Shown here: piece after piece, positions 1-9,847 of the stretch
Position numbering within the stretch: position 1 is the stretch's first letter
Layout: every line of letters begins with the position of its first letter
Assembly (NCBI GenBank): GCA_023261845.1
Contig: JALNJZ010000003.1
Location: forward strand, 1-64,000
Length of the DNA: 64,000 nucleotides
Source: Candidatus Terraquivivens tengchongensis
Lineage (GTDB): Archaea > Thermoproteota > Nitrososphaeria_A > Caldarchaeales > Wolframiiraptoraceae
Direction of reading: 5' to 3'
Made by a program: the position numbers and the translations under genes
The notes under the pieces: model-generated
What the model was told of the DNA's origin: nothing
Database searches by the model: none
Seen by the model: only the letters and a program-made list of their open reading frames with translations

Positions 1-105
1 AAGCAAAATATTAAGGTTTAGTCATAATTACGCCGTATCCGAGCGATTTTGTAGTTTTTAATGACGAAACGCTTAATTTGTGGACGCTTATAAAACTATT
101 CTGCA

Positions 106-180
106 GCTCCGGTAGTATAGTCCGGTCAAGTATACGGGCCTCTCGAGCCCGGGACCCGGGTTCAAATCCCGGCCGGAGCA
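106..180 (+). tRNA. tRNA-Glu(CTC)
   Basis: Acceptor stem GCTCCGG/CCGGAGC plus discriminator A; anticodon arm CGGGC-CTCTCGA-GCCCG; T arm CCGGG-TTCAAAT-CCCGG; TATA-like CTTATAAA about 20 nt upstream; CCA not encoded. Confidence 0.96.
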
Positions 181-307
181 TTCATTTCTTTCCTTTAAGT
201 CATTTTCCACTCTGAACTCAGTATAAGCTCTACAACTAATATGGGGACTTCACAGTTACTGCCAAAGCCAGCTATAATCTACCTGTAATCATTAACCTTC
301 AGGTGTG

Positions 308-2517
308 TTAAGAATGCCGGCGGCGCAATACTAGAATTGCGATTATAACTATGATTACTACTAGAATTACAATTGCGATTACTAGCGATGTTGGGAAGAC
401 CTCTGTGACAGCTTCTGCGACGGTAACTGTTATGCTATGGATACCAACGTTCCCAGCTTTATCTTTTACCGTTAAAGTTACCGTATAAGTCCCAGCTTTC
501 TCATAAGTATGTGTCACTTTCACACCAGTTCCTTTTTCTCCATCCCCGAAATCCCATTCATAGCTAACTATTCCTAGTATTATCTGTTGATGCACTTGCA
601 TCGAAGACTACGACGTCACCAACGTTTGCTTTCAAGTCTTGCCCAGCCTTTGCAATAGGTTTACTCTTATCCAGCTTTATGCCGGTTATAAATTTGTGAG
701 TTTCCTCATTACCAGCCTTATCAACACTCCAGTATTCCAAAGTGTTATTAGCACCCTCCATCGTTATGAGTGGATGACCATCAACACTAACCCTCTTCAA
801 CACACCGTTGTTTATTCTATAGTATGTTTCCGCGACCCCACTTAGGTCATCCTCAGCCTCCAAGGCTATAGTGAAATCCTCGTTGTGCCATATATCCTCA
901 TATAAAGCCTTGGTTGTTGGAGGATTGACGTCCCTCTTCTCAACAACTTGGCAGGTATGTTCTTGTGATATGATGTAATTACCAACATTATCTATCGCGA
1001 TGATTCTCCAAATAATTCTTGAACCAGCACGCTGAGCAGGTATTTTGCCTACATACGGTTCTTCACTAAGACCGTAACCACATACTGGTTCAATTATATA
1101 TCTTCTCTCCAACCCCATATCTGCATAATTCCATTTACCACCGTCAACACTATAAGCCAATAAGGCTCTGTATATTCCGCTCCTATTATCGTAAATGGTT
1201 GCCTTCACAACAAGTTCTTCTCCCTCATATATCTCGCTTGCCGCCTCCACCGAGACTATCACTGGTTTTTCGATATCATGAAGCTTGTAAAGCAGTATTC
1301 TATTGTGCGTATAGAATACGACATAAATCTTACCATAAGCTATGCTTACCTTCGGAGAAATAGCCCCTTCTCCAGAATAGGTTAGGTTGAAGATAGGGAT
1401 TATGCCCCTCCACAAAAGGTAGAGGCGACCGTAGTTTTTACCATATACCGGAAGAGCTAAGATCCTTTTAGCAGCTACTACAGCTCCATAAGATTCATGG
1501 AACCGTTCCTCTTCAGGTAAATCGAACTTGCCTATGTCTCCTCCTTGAAAGTCAAGTACAGAAACCCCTCTATAATTAGCTACGTAAATGGCATCTTCTC
1601 CGACAGAAAAACTTTCAATCCTCATCTCCTTTTTCCAAATCACCGCACCGTTTGGTGAAAGCCCAATCAACTTCCTATTATATTCCTTAACTAAAACTAA
1701 GAAGTTATTTTTGAACACTACTCCTGACAAATAGTCGTTTCCATTAAACGTCCAAACGAACTCGCCGTTTTCAGCGTTTAATGCGTAAAGGCTTTTGCTA
1801 TATTCGAAGTTTACGTAAAGCTTACCGTCGCCGTAAGCCAAGTCCGTAACAACCTTATCCTCCAATTCCCTCCTCCACAATATATTTCCATCCTCATCAA
1901 TGCAAGAAACTAATCCGCTTCTTGTACCGAGATATGTCCTGTTGTTATATGCGATAAGCGCGGTTATGTCTCCTTCATCTATTTCAGACGTCCAAATTAT
2001 CTTCCCAGTTCTCTTGTCTAATGCTATGAGTAAAGAAGGAGTGCCCCTTGTCCCAATATAATAGTATTTCCCTAGGGCATTTTTCATAATAAGTCGATTA
2101 AACAAACCGTATATGTCCGTGCGCCAAAGTATTCTTCCTGTAGTTTCATTTAGAGCGTACGCATCTCCGGCCCTTCCATTTGGGTCAAATGAGAAGATTA
2201 CCCCATCATCCACTAAAACGATTTGTGCTGCGGGGACATTGCTTTCATATGCTATTTGCGGTCTACAGGGGATTGACGAGGAAGAGGAACGTGTGGACCC
2301 TTCGTCCCCCCTTTTCGAGAGGCCATGAATAATTTAAGTTAGGAAGGAATTGTTTAACCTCGTCTTCTACAGCAGGAGATGTGCTAACAGAGTTAATGAA
2401 AGGCAAGATTAATAAAACGAGCATTATTAAGGATAAAACCGAAAGTATTTCTCTAAAAGAAACCTCCGTTTCCTTTTTAATCCATACAAACCTTCTCTGC
2501 ACAAAAAAATTCTTCAA
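308..2517 (-). pseudogene. Frameshifted membrane-anchored surface protein (PQQ-like beta-propeller + Ig-like repeats + PKD domain + C-terminal TM), split into ORFs 2263-2517, 564-2213 and 308-601
   Basis: Removing one G from AAAAGGGGGG (~2306-2315) joins the signal-peptide ORF to the propeller ORF (WPLEKG-DEGSTRSS...VLVDDGVIFS). Removing one base at ~579 gives the PKD motif [22 protein letters not shown]. Repeats of the ALNxxTGxxxW type; hydrophobic C-terminal anchor followed by RRR. Confidence 0.8.
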
Positions 2518-2626
2518 GTTTTTAGTTTAAAAATTTTTGACACTTTTCCAAGAGAACTCTATTAAATTAAATATTGGTCTAAGGACGGCAAGAAGTTTTA
2601 TATGTTATGTAATACATCCGAATTTT

Positions 2627-2689
2627 GCCCCGATGAAGAACCCAAAGCTCACACTGAATTCATGAAGAACCATAGGGTCGCTGAGGGGC
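2627..2689 (+). ncRNA. Box C/D guide sRNA (2'-O-methylation guide)
   Basis: Terminal stem GCCCC(2627-31)/GGGGC(2685-89); C box ATGAAGA 2633-39; 14-nt guide; D' CTGA 2654-57; C' ATGAAGA 2662-68; 12-nt guide; D CTGA 2681-84; TTTTATAT about 25 nt upstream. Confidence 0.8.
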
Positions 2690-3433
2690 GTCCTTTCTTT
2701 CCAATTTTCGAATAACATAATCCAATGCGGAGCCGACCTTCACCCTTATACATTCGAGGTCATATTTTATCTCCGGTAATTTTTCAATAAAGTTTCCCAG
2801 AAGACCAACGGGCACTATCGCCACACCATTTTCAACGCGCTTATTCGAACCGTAAAGCGTTAATACTGCTGGAACTATTTCGACAGTCGTTTCCCCTTTT
2901 CCGAGCATGTTTAATAGATATTCCGCCAACATCCGACCCCTCCTCATATGGCTCTCTACTATGGATGTCAACCTCTTTCCACTCAAAACTGCATTCCACT
3001 TCTTGCAATCGAGAAGCAGGACTGTGGGACTCCTTACGGCCAGCACGTCTAACTCGCACTTCTTCTTTGACAAGCGCAGCCTCACGTTTGTCAATACGTT
3101 GAATCCGTACTCGTTTAGAACCTTCGCAGAGAGAACCTCGAAATCTTTCCAAGATACGTGTCTAGCGAGAACCTCAGCAGGAGCATAATCTCTAATACAC
3201 TTCAGAATGATAGATAACCTGGTGTCGCCGGTAACCTCGACACAGTTTACATTAAAGTCTTTACCTAACAATCTCGAGACGATTTTAAACGCCACGTCTC
3301 TTGAGACCACGCTATGCTCAGCCAAGACATCTATCGTGATCTTATTACCGTGCGATGTGAGCTTAAGCAAGTTTTCGACTATTCTGGTAACTATTTCGGG
3401 CTTAACGTCAAGGTCAGATGAAGAGTTCTTCAT
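2660..3433 (-). CDS. Mrr/NERD-like PD-(D/E)xK restriction-endonuclease-fold protein with N-terminal helical (wHTH-like) region
   Basis: WKDFEVLSAKVL...ELDVLAVR...LLLDCKKW nuclease motif spacing. Confidence 0.7.
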   Translation of the reverse strand: MKNSSSDLDVKPEIVTRIVENLLKLTSHGNKITIDVLAEHSVVSRDVAFKIVSRLLGKDFNVNCVEVTGDTRLSIILKCIRDYAPAEVLARHVSWKDFEVLSAKVLNEYGFNVLTNVRLRLSKKKCELDVLAVRSPTVLLLDCKKWNAVLSGKRLTSIVESHMRRGRMLAEYLLNMLGKGETTVEIVPAVLTLYGSNKRVENGVAIVPVGLLGNFIEKLPEIKYDLECIRVKVGSALDYVIRKLERKDAPQRPYGSS

Positions 3434-4172
3434 ACTTTTCCCTTAATATGACGGAAGCAGGTATATCGTCTCTTATGTATTTGTAGCCCCTGATTATGGC
3501 CACAGGTATGCCCTCGGCAGCCTGTCCTATCACGAGCTCAGCAGCGCTACACAGCTCGTCTACTACACATGTAATTTTTGAACGCAAAACCCTCCCAAAA
3601 AGGTCCACTTCACCCCTTCTATCCCACAACGGTTGTATGCCGCTACAACCTATAGCCACATTAATCAAGCCTCTGCGAAAAGGTCTGCCTTGAGTATCTG
3701 ATATAATAACGGCAACCTGCGATCCCGTAAGTTTTTCTATCCTCTCTCTTATCTTCTTGGCCGACAAATCTGGATCGTCTGGTAGTGTGACGACGCTATT
3801 GTTCTCAGATGTGTTGGATGCATCCACGCCAGCATTAGCACAAATAATCCCGTGCTTTGTCCTAGATATTATTATCCCGTTGTGTATCCTTAGTATGCTT
3901 TTTGACTCCCTAAGTATGACTTCAACATGCCTGGGGTCCTTTCCAACTTCTTCGGCTATACGTCTTGCCAGCTCAGATGGTTCAACCTCATCAAGTCGTA
4001 TTATTTTTCCTTCAGCTCTAGCTACGACAACGTGTGTGATGACGATTATGTCGCCGTCCTTTATACCAACGCCCATATTTCTAGCGCTCTCGACTATTAT
4101 GCTGGCTAAGTCATCTCCAGGCCTAATGATCGGTATACCCCTTATACCTATAATTTCTATGCTGCTGCTCAA
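3414..4172 (-). CDS. cofE: Coenzyme F420-0:L-glutamate ligase
   Basis: GIPIIRPGDDL, ICANAGVDASN, VIISDTQGRPFRRG and DELCSAAELVIG motifs. Confidence 0.92.
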   Translation of the reverse strand: MSSSIEIIGIRGIPIIRPGDDLASIIVESARNMGVGIKDGDIIVITHVVVARAEGKIIRLDEVEPSELARRIAEEVGKDPRHVEVILRESKSILRIHNGIIISRTKHGIICANAGVDASNTSENNSVVTLPDDPDLSAKKIRERIEKLTGSQVAVIISDTQGRPFRRGLINVAIGCSGIQPLWDRRGEVDLFGRVLRSKITCVVDELCSAAELVIGQAAEGIPVAIIRGYKYIRDDIPASVILREKYEELFI

Positions 4173-4217
4173 CTCTATCTTTGTACTCCACTAGTAAGAT
4201 ATAAATTGAGTGATATG

Positions 4218-4517
4218 CTACGCACCAAATTTCTCTAACCTTTTTTTGGCCCTAATGGCGACATCGGCTCCAAGCTTTATCTCTGGCTCGCCCGTCTCAG
4301 CCGTCTTCCGCTTAACGAACAGGCTGCATCTCCCATCGGGAAGCAGCTTGACTTGTATACAGCTTGCATATGGACAACGGTGGCCTGTGCACGCCCCGCC
4401 TACCCAATTGCATGATGGAGGGTTCTGTTTGTAGTTAAGAGCCTTTTTAACACATCTAAAAAACCTACAGAGAGGGTTACACACTGGAGTTGGTTCTCTA
4501 CTAAAGGTTTGACTCAA
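4218..4517 (-). CDS. Small Cys-rich (8 Cys) probable metal-binding protein
   Basis: CNPLCRFFRC...CNWVGGACTGHRCPYASC...GRC; G-rich RBS upstream; same strand as cofE. Confidence 0.65.
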   Translation of the reverse strand: MSQTFSREPTPVCNPLCRFFRCVKKALNYKQNPPSCNWVGGACTGHRCPYASCIQVKLLPDGRCSLFVKRKTAETGEPEIKLGADVAIRAKKRLEKFGA

Positions 4518-4646
4518 CCTTTACCCCCTACCTGTCGGCACGGCCGACAACGATTCTCAAATTTAATCAAAAAACATTAACATATTAATATTTTGGGCAC
4601 TGTTATAAGGTAGTAGTGTACCAGTCCTATCTCAGAATCTACGTTA

Positions 4647-6032
4647 GTGACACTAAACATGAGTATCGAGAGCTCGGGTCGATGGTTGGTCGAGACGCCT
4701 CTAGAGATTTTAGGCACTGCGCTAAAAGCTACAGTACAGGCATATGCCAGACATAGAGATACACGACATTCCCTTAAATCATGCCTCTACGAGATTGTAC
4801 GCGAAAAAAAGTACCCTGCAAAGTCTGTGGAAATTGCAAGAAGACTAATCTGGGAGCATGGGACGAGGAGAAACCTTCTAGCCAAGATTGTCAGTAAAGT
4901 ATTAAAAGATGAACAATTTTCACCCGATCGGAGGATTCTTCTTGAACTTTTTGCCAACCAGGTAATCATAAAAGGATGCGATAGACTTGAAGCTGCAAAA
5001 TTTGCCCAGGCAGCAAGAATTACCTTCGGAAGAGACTGGATAGCACCATTAGAGCCGCTGTTCGGTAGAATATATGCCTTGAAGCTTGAGGATAAGATAA
5101 TAGAAAGTAGGGACGAGCTAGAGTACATAAGTCTTCTATATGGACACCCTAAATGGTTTGTCGAGTATCTTTTTGACATTCTAGGCAAAACCGAAGCTAT
5201 TGAGCTAATGCGTATTAGTAACGAAAAGCCGCCAACCTATTTCATTCTCAACAGGTTAAAAGCAACCGAAGATGAAATATTGAAAGTACTAGAAAGTGAT
5301 GGGGTGGAGTTTGAGAGAGATAAGAGGGCACCTCTGCTTTACAAGATAATTTCATCCAAAGCAATAAAGGATCTAATAGCATATAAACGCGGGCTTATAG
5401 CAGTTCAAGATGCGTCAAGCGTGTTCTCTATTATATCCGCTCAACCTAAGAGTGGTATAAAGATCTTAGATATATGCGCAGCTCCTGGCATAAAAACATC
5501 ATTATTTGCAATTTACACAAACAACAAAGCTAGGATTCTTTCCATTGATATATCATCGCATAGACTAAAGACATATATTTCATATACGCGACGCTTATGG
5601 ATTGAAAATGTAGATGCTGTTCTTTGCGATGCTACTAGGGATTTACCGACACATCTAAATGCTGACGTTGTGATGCTTGACCCTCCATGCAGCTCTACCG
5701 GTTTGTTTTGGCGCGAGCCTTCTTACAGGTGGGTTGTAAAACCAACAACTATAAAGAAATTCTCAGCATTGCAGAAAAAAATGTTAACTAATGCTACAAA
5801 ATATGTAAAGAATGACGGCCTACTCGTTTACTGTACCTGTAGCATCACGCTCGAAGAAAATGAAAGCTTAATCAAAAATTTCTTAGCGTCAAACCCTAAC
5901 TTTCAACTTGAAGAAATTCCCATAAAATCAGGCTCGCCAGGACTCTTAGGATTGGAGAGATGCAGAAGATTTTATCCGCATCGCGACATGTGTAACGGCT
6001 TCTTTATTGCACTCCTCAGAAAAATAGGTTGA
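4647..6032 (+). CDS. RsmB/NOP2/NSUN family RNA m5C methyltransferase (long form; true start may be slightly downstream)
   Basis: QDASS, ILDICAAPGIKT, LDPPCSSTG and YCTCS with both catalytic Cys present. Confidence 0.9.
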   Translation: MTLNMSIESSGRWLVETPLEILGTALKATVQAYARHRDTRHSLKSCLYEIVREKKYPAKSVEIARRLIWEHGTRRNLLAKIVSKVLKDEQFSPDRRILLELFANQVIIKGCDRLEAAKFAQAARITFGRDWIAPLEPLFGRIYALKLEDKIIESRDELEYISLLYGHPKWFVEYLFDILGKTEAIELMRISNEKPPTYFILNRLKATEDEILKVLESDGVEFERDKRAPLLYKIISSKAIKDLIAYKRGLIAVQDASSVFSIISAQPKSGIKILDICAAPGIKTSLFAIYTNNKARILSIDISSHRLKTYISYTRRLWIENVDAVLCDATRDLPTHLNADVVMLDPPCSSTGLFWREPSYRWVVKPTTIKKFSALQKKMLTNATKYVKNDGLLVYCTCSITLEENESLIKNFLASNPNFQLEEIPIKSGSPGLLGLERCRRFYPHRDMCNGFFIALLRKIG

Positions 6033-6034
6033 TC

Positions 6035-6400
6035 CTACCCACACGGATATTCAAAAGATATTGTGTACTGATTACCGCCAAATGATACCTTAAACGATGT
6101 ATCGTCAGCTTTCGCTGAGGTTTTTTCTTCTAATGTCATTATCAACATCTCAGCCTCCTCGGGCGAAAGAATTGCTACAGCAGGACGAACAAAGAGCTCG
6201 TAGTATTCTAATGGGTACATAGAAACCTTCTCTTGAAAGAGACTGTCAGCTTCTTTAAATGTTTGTACGAGTTTCGGGAAAATATTAATAATCAATTGAG
6301 TTATATCCGGCCAATTCTCTTTACAATATTCTCTCCTTATCTTTACTCTAACAATGTCTGTTTTCATTAACCTTCTAATATTATGCATCGATTTTCCCAC
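6035..6400 (-). CDS. Hypothetical protein
   Basis: 121-aa ORF filling the gap, stop abutting the convergent gene; no family recognised. Confidence 0.5.
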   Translation of the reverse strand: MGKSMHNIRRLMKTDIVRVKIRREYCKENWPDITQLIINIFPKLVQTFKEADSLFQEKVSMYPLEYYELFVRPAVAILSPEEAEMLIMTLEEKTSAKADDTSFKVSFGGNQYTISFEYPCG

Positions 6401-6628
6401 TTCGGATGGTAGATTTAACCATTTAACATTAATCGAGGTAATTTTATAAGGATTTGGACTTGAAGTTGTTGATATATATGCAGGCGACGAGACTTCGAGT
6501 CTAATTGATAAAAAAATGAAAGATGGCAGCGAAACTTAGGCCGTTAGGTTTTGTTGATGCTTTGGGACCCAAAGATCTTGCATATGGTTTATAATGCCCT
6601 TCTACGACGAACCGATTAAGATAACAGG

Positions 6629-7513
6629 GTGGAACGTATTATGAATAGACCGCTTATAACTAACGTGTACAGCAGAGAAGAATCAAACGTTATCGCCTTT
6701 GGTGTAATTTTAGGAAGAAAGGCCGCAGAATCTGTTAACGCGATAAGGGACGCTAGTTGGTTTATCGAAACGTTTGACATAATATCTAAGAGAAACCTCC
6801 TCGAAAGGGCAAAGGTTTATGACATCGGCGACATAAAGCTAGCATCTTACGATGATTTAGAAAACATCACAAAAACAACATCTTCAATATTATCGGAAGG
6901 CAAACTCCCTTTGATACTCGGCGGCGGTCATCTTGCAACGTATTATGCGCTCAAAGCTATGCCAAAAGATGTGGTCCTGGTGGTTTTCGATGCACATTGT
7001 GACCTACGAGAGAGCTACATAGATGAGAAGATTATCGAGCTTGATTACATTAACGAGAATGTAGCCGTGGATAAAAAGTTGAATGATGCAACGTGGCTTA
7101 GATGGGCATCGGAAGAAACGTTGTTTAAAAAGGCCGTGGTTTTAGGTGCGAGGTCGGGTGACGAGGAACAATTGGTTTATGCAAAGAAGAAGGGCATACT
7201 TCTAATTACCTCTGAGAAATTGTTATCAAAAAACGGATTGGGTGTCACCATTAAGACTCTCTCAACGTTAACAAAGGGTAAGAAAGTATACTTATCTTTG
7301 GACATAGATGTATTCGACCCATCAATAGCACCTGCTGTTGATCATCCGGAACCTCCTGGCATAAGTTTTAGGGAATTTGCAAAACTCGTTAGAAGCATAA
7401 AAGGAAGGATAATCGGTTGCGATGTGGTATGCCTCCGTAAAATTCCGAACAATGAGGTAACAGAATTTTTAGCCGCGAGGGCTATATTCGAAATATTATC
7501 GCACGCTACTTAA
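6629..7513 (+). CDS. Arginase/agmatinase family ureohydrolase (likely start ATG 6641)
   Basis: LGGGHLAT, FDAHCD and SLDIDVFDP metal-binding motifs. Confidence 0.88.
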   Translation: MERIMNRPLITNVYSREESNVIAFGVILGRKAAESVNAIRDASWFIETFDIISKRNLLERAKVYDIGDIKLASYDDLENITKTTSSILSEGKLPLILGGGHLATYYALKAMPKDVVLVVFDAHCDLRESYIDEKIIELDYINENVAVDKKLNDATWLRWASEETLFKKAVVLGARSGDEEQLVYAKKKGILLITSEKLLSKNGLGVTIKTLSTLTKGKKVYLSLDIDVFDPSIAPAVDHPEPPGISFREFAKLVRSIKGRIIGCDVVCLRKIPNNEVTEFLAARAIFEILSHAT

Positions 7514-7564
7514 CGAAACTTTTTTTACATATTATGAAGATAAACGTCTAAAAAGGGTGACGAC

Positions 7565-9835
7565 ATGAACAAGAGACTTCTAACGATACTCGTAGCTAGC
7601 CTAGTAGTACGATTAGTTGTTGCGCCCTTTTTCGGTCACCCTATAGATATGTTTACTTGGCTGAAATCAGGAGAGATGACAGCATATTATGGTATAAACG
7701 TCTATCAGGTTGAAGAGATACCGAACTATCCCTGGGGTTTCTACACCTACCCTCCAATCTGGTTATACTGGATTTCATTATCCTCGCAGTTATATCAATT
7801 TGCACAAAATCTGAACATGTTTGCATTTTTTGTGAAATTGCCCATTATAGCCTCTGACATACTCATCGGACTCGTCCTCTACAGATTCGTCATGTTGCTT
7901 AAAAATGACGTGCGTTTAGCCACAAAAATTTCAGCTCTATGGCTCCTAAATCCGCTTCCGCTTTTTATTTCCTCGATATGGGGCATGTTCGATTCCGTTG
8001 CAGCCCTCTTCGGTTTAACATCAGTATATCACATGTTTAAAGGAAGATACAGATTAAGCGCATTCTTGCTGGGTGTTGGTACAAGTGTAAAAATTTTCCC
8101 AGGTTTACTCATCCTACCGATGTTGTTTTATATCAAAAGAACTCAAGACGGTGGCTTTAAGAGAAGAGCATTAGAATACATCCTCTACGCATCCATAGTA
8201 CCGATCATCTCTTCGATTCCTTTCCTTTATGATCCAATTTCTTATTTTGGTAAGCTCCTCTTTCACTTTAGTAACATAGGTCAGTTCACCTATTGGGTCG
8301 TGCTTTCTGGGTTTGTAGGTTCCACGAGTTTGGGGTATATAAGCACGGCAATTTTCGTTGCAACCCTCATATTGATCTTTGTTAAAATTTTGAGATATGA
8401 AACATACTCAAACGAGATATTGATCAAAGGTTCAACGCTAACGTTATTAACATTTCTCGCCACGTCAATGAAAGTAAATGTTCAGTACGTAACCTGGGTT
8501 CTGCCGTTTCTGCTGATTTACGCTCTGTACCTTAATACGAAAGATTATAGATTAAACCTGCTTATGCTAAATATCAGTGCGTATGCTTTTCTCATCGGGA
8601 GCATAGGGTTATATAACGGATATGATCTGACTTACATTGGAAATCTTACAAATCTGGATTTTAAAGAAATCAACATATACGGTGCCATCACACTGGCAGC
8701 AGGGATCTTCGGTTCTAGTAGGATAGTCGCCCTTCTTTTTGACTTATCAAAACTTCAAAGGATCAACCTAAGCATAATGAGAAAGTGGACGGTCGTGGCC
8801 ATAGTCATACTTTTCCTAGTAACTATGGCAACATTTCCGACACCTACTGGTATCAGCGTTCCAAGTCTGCCAATAAGGGTCGGCGTAGTTGAGGGTTTGG
8901 ACTCAGCTTTTGTTTTGAAAGATGATTATGGGGTGGATGAGTTCTTAAACAGATACAACATAACCCACATCGTTATACCGTTCAGTATAGATTTCGTTAA
9001 CACGTATAAAGGATATGATGAACATGTACATGTAGCAGAGTACTCCAAGTTCAGAATATCTTCTTTCAGCTGGTCTTTGCGAGATTTAAAGTGTTTGGTG
9101 GACGAAATAAAAAAGAGGGGAATCTATGTCATGCTAGGTGTATATCTTGAACCAGAAAAGTTGAGCATACGTTATGGCGTACATGGTTATAGGTCCACTT
9201 GGTTAAAGGAGCATCATAAAGAAGTATTGAACGAGTTTGGACTCATAGAATTCCAGAGAAGACTAAAGCCAGATAATATGTATGTGTTATTTGAACAGCC
9301 ATATGCAGAGTACTTTACATCAAAAGTGTTAACGATCATTAATGACCTTAACTTTGACGGTGTATATCTATTGGACAATTTTAGATACAACGATAAAGCA
9401 CATGTAGAAAGCATTCTATATCTTCTGGATAAACTTTCGCCCACTATCAAGGCGTATTCAAAACAGATAATGTTAGGAGATTTAGATGTTAGAATGGAAC
9501 CACAGTATGTGGAAACTCTTGCTAAGAATGTTGACCATTTAGTGGTTAAAACATCCTCATGGTTAAACATGTTTTATCGCAACACGCTTGATAATACTAC
9601 GTTTAACGATTATAGACGTTATCTGCCTGAATTGTTATCTTCCCTACCTGACGATGTGAAATATAAGATGCTCTTTAGCGTTGATACTATGGACATTGCA
9701 GAAGGTTGGATGAGTCCGGCGATAGTTCTTCAAGAGGATATAGAGATATTGTCACAGTTTGGTGCAATGGGTGGGTACGCAATATATCACACAAACAAAT
9801 ATTTACCATACAGAATAACGCTCTCAACTAAATGA
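7565..9835 (+). CDS. GT-C-type (PIG-M/GT87-like) polytopic glycosyltransferase fused to a soluble glycoside-hydrolase-like domain
   Basis: YTYPPIW, KLPIIASD, LLNPL..SSIWGMFDS and VKIFP in a multi-TM N-half; soluble C-half with FDGVYLLD. Confidence 0.65.
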   Translation: MNKRLLTILVASLVVRLVVAPFFGHPIDMFTWLKSGEMTAYYGINVYQVEEIPNYPWGFYTYPPIWLYWISLSSQLYQFAQNLNMFAFFVKLPIIASDILIGLVLYRFVMLLKNDVRLATKISALWLLNPLPLFISSIWGMFDSVAALFGLTSVYHMFKGRYRLSAFLLGVGTSVKIFPGLLILPMLFYIKRTQDGGFKRRALEYILYASIVPIISSIPFLYDPISYFGKLLFHFSNIGQFTYWVVLSGFVGSTSLGYISTAIFVATLILIFVKILRYETYSNEILIKGSTLTLLTFLATSMKVNVQYVTWVLPFLLIYALYLNTKDYRLNLLMLNISAYAFLIGSIGLYNGYDLTYIGNLTNLDFKEINIYGAITLAAGIFGSSRIVALLFDLSKLQRINLSIMRKWTVVAIVILFLVTMATFPTPTGISVPSLPIRVGVVEGLDSAFVLKDDYGVDEFLNRYNITHIVIPFSIDFVNTYKGYDEHVHVAEYSKFRISSFSWSLRDLKCLVDEIKKRGIYVMLGVYLEPEKLSIRYGVHGYRSTWLKEHHKEVLNEFGLIEFQRRLKPDNMYVLFEQPYAEYFTSKVLTIINDLNFDGVYLLDNFRYNDKAHVESILYLLDKLSPTIKAYSKQIMLGDLDVRMEPQYVETLAKNVDHLVVKTSSWLNMFYRNTLDNTTFNDYRRYLPELLSSLPDDVKYKMLFSVDTMDIAEGWMSPAIVLQEDIEILSQFGAMGGYAIYHTNKYLPYRITLSTK

Positions 9836-9847
9836 AGTTGTTTAAAC

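Noticed and set aside
6020-6050. Stop-codon recoding (Sec/Pyl) after the C-terminal PCG of the 121-aa ORF
   Set aside because: The stop is TAG abutting a convergent gene; no SECIS-like element or continued homology.
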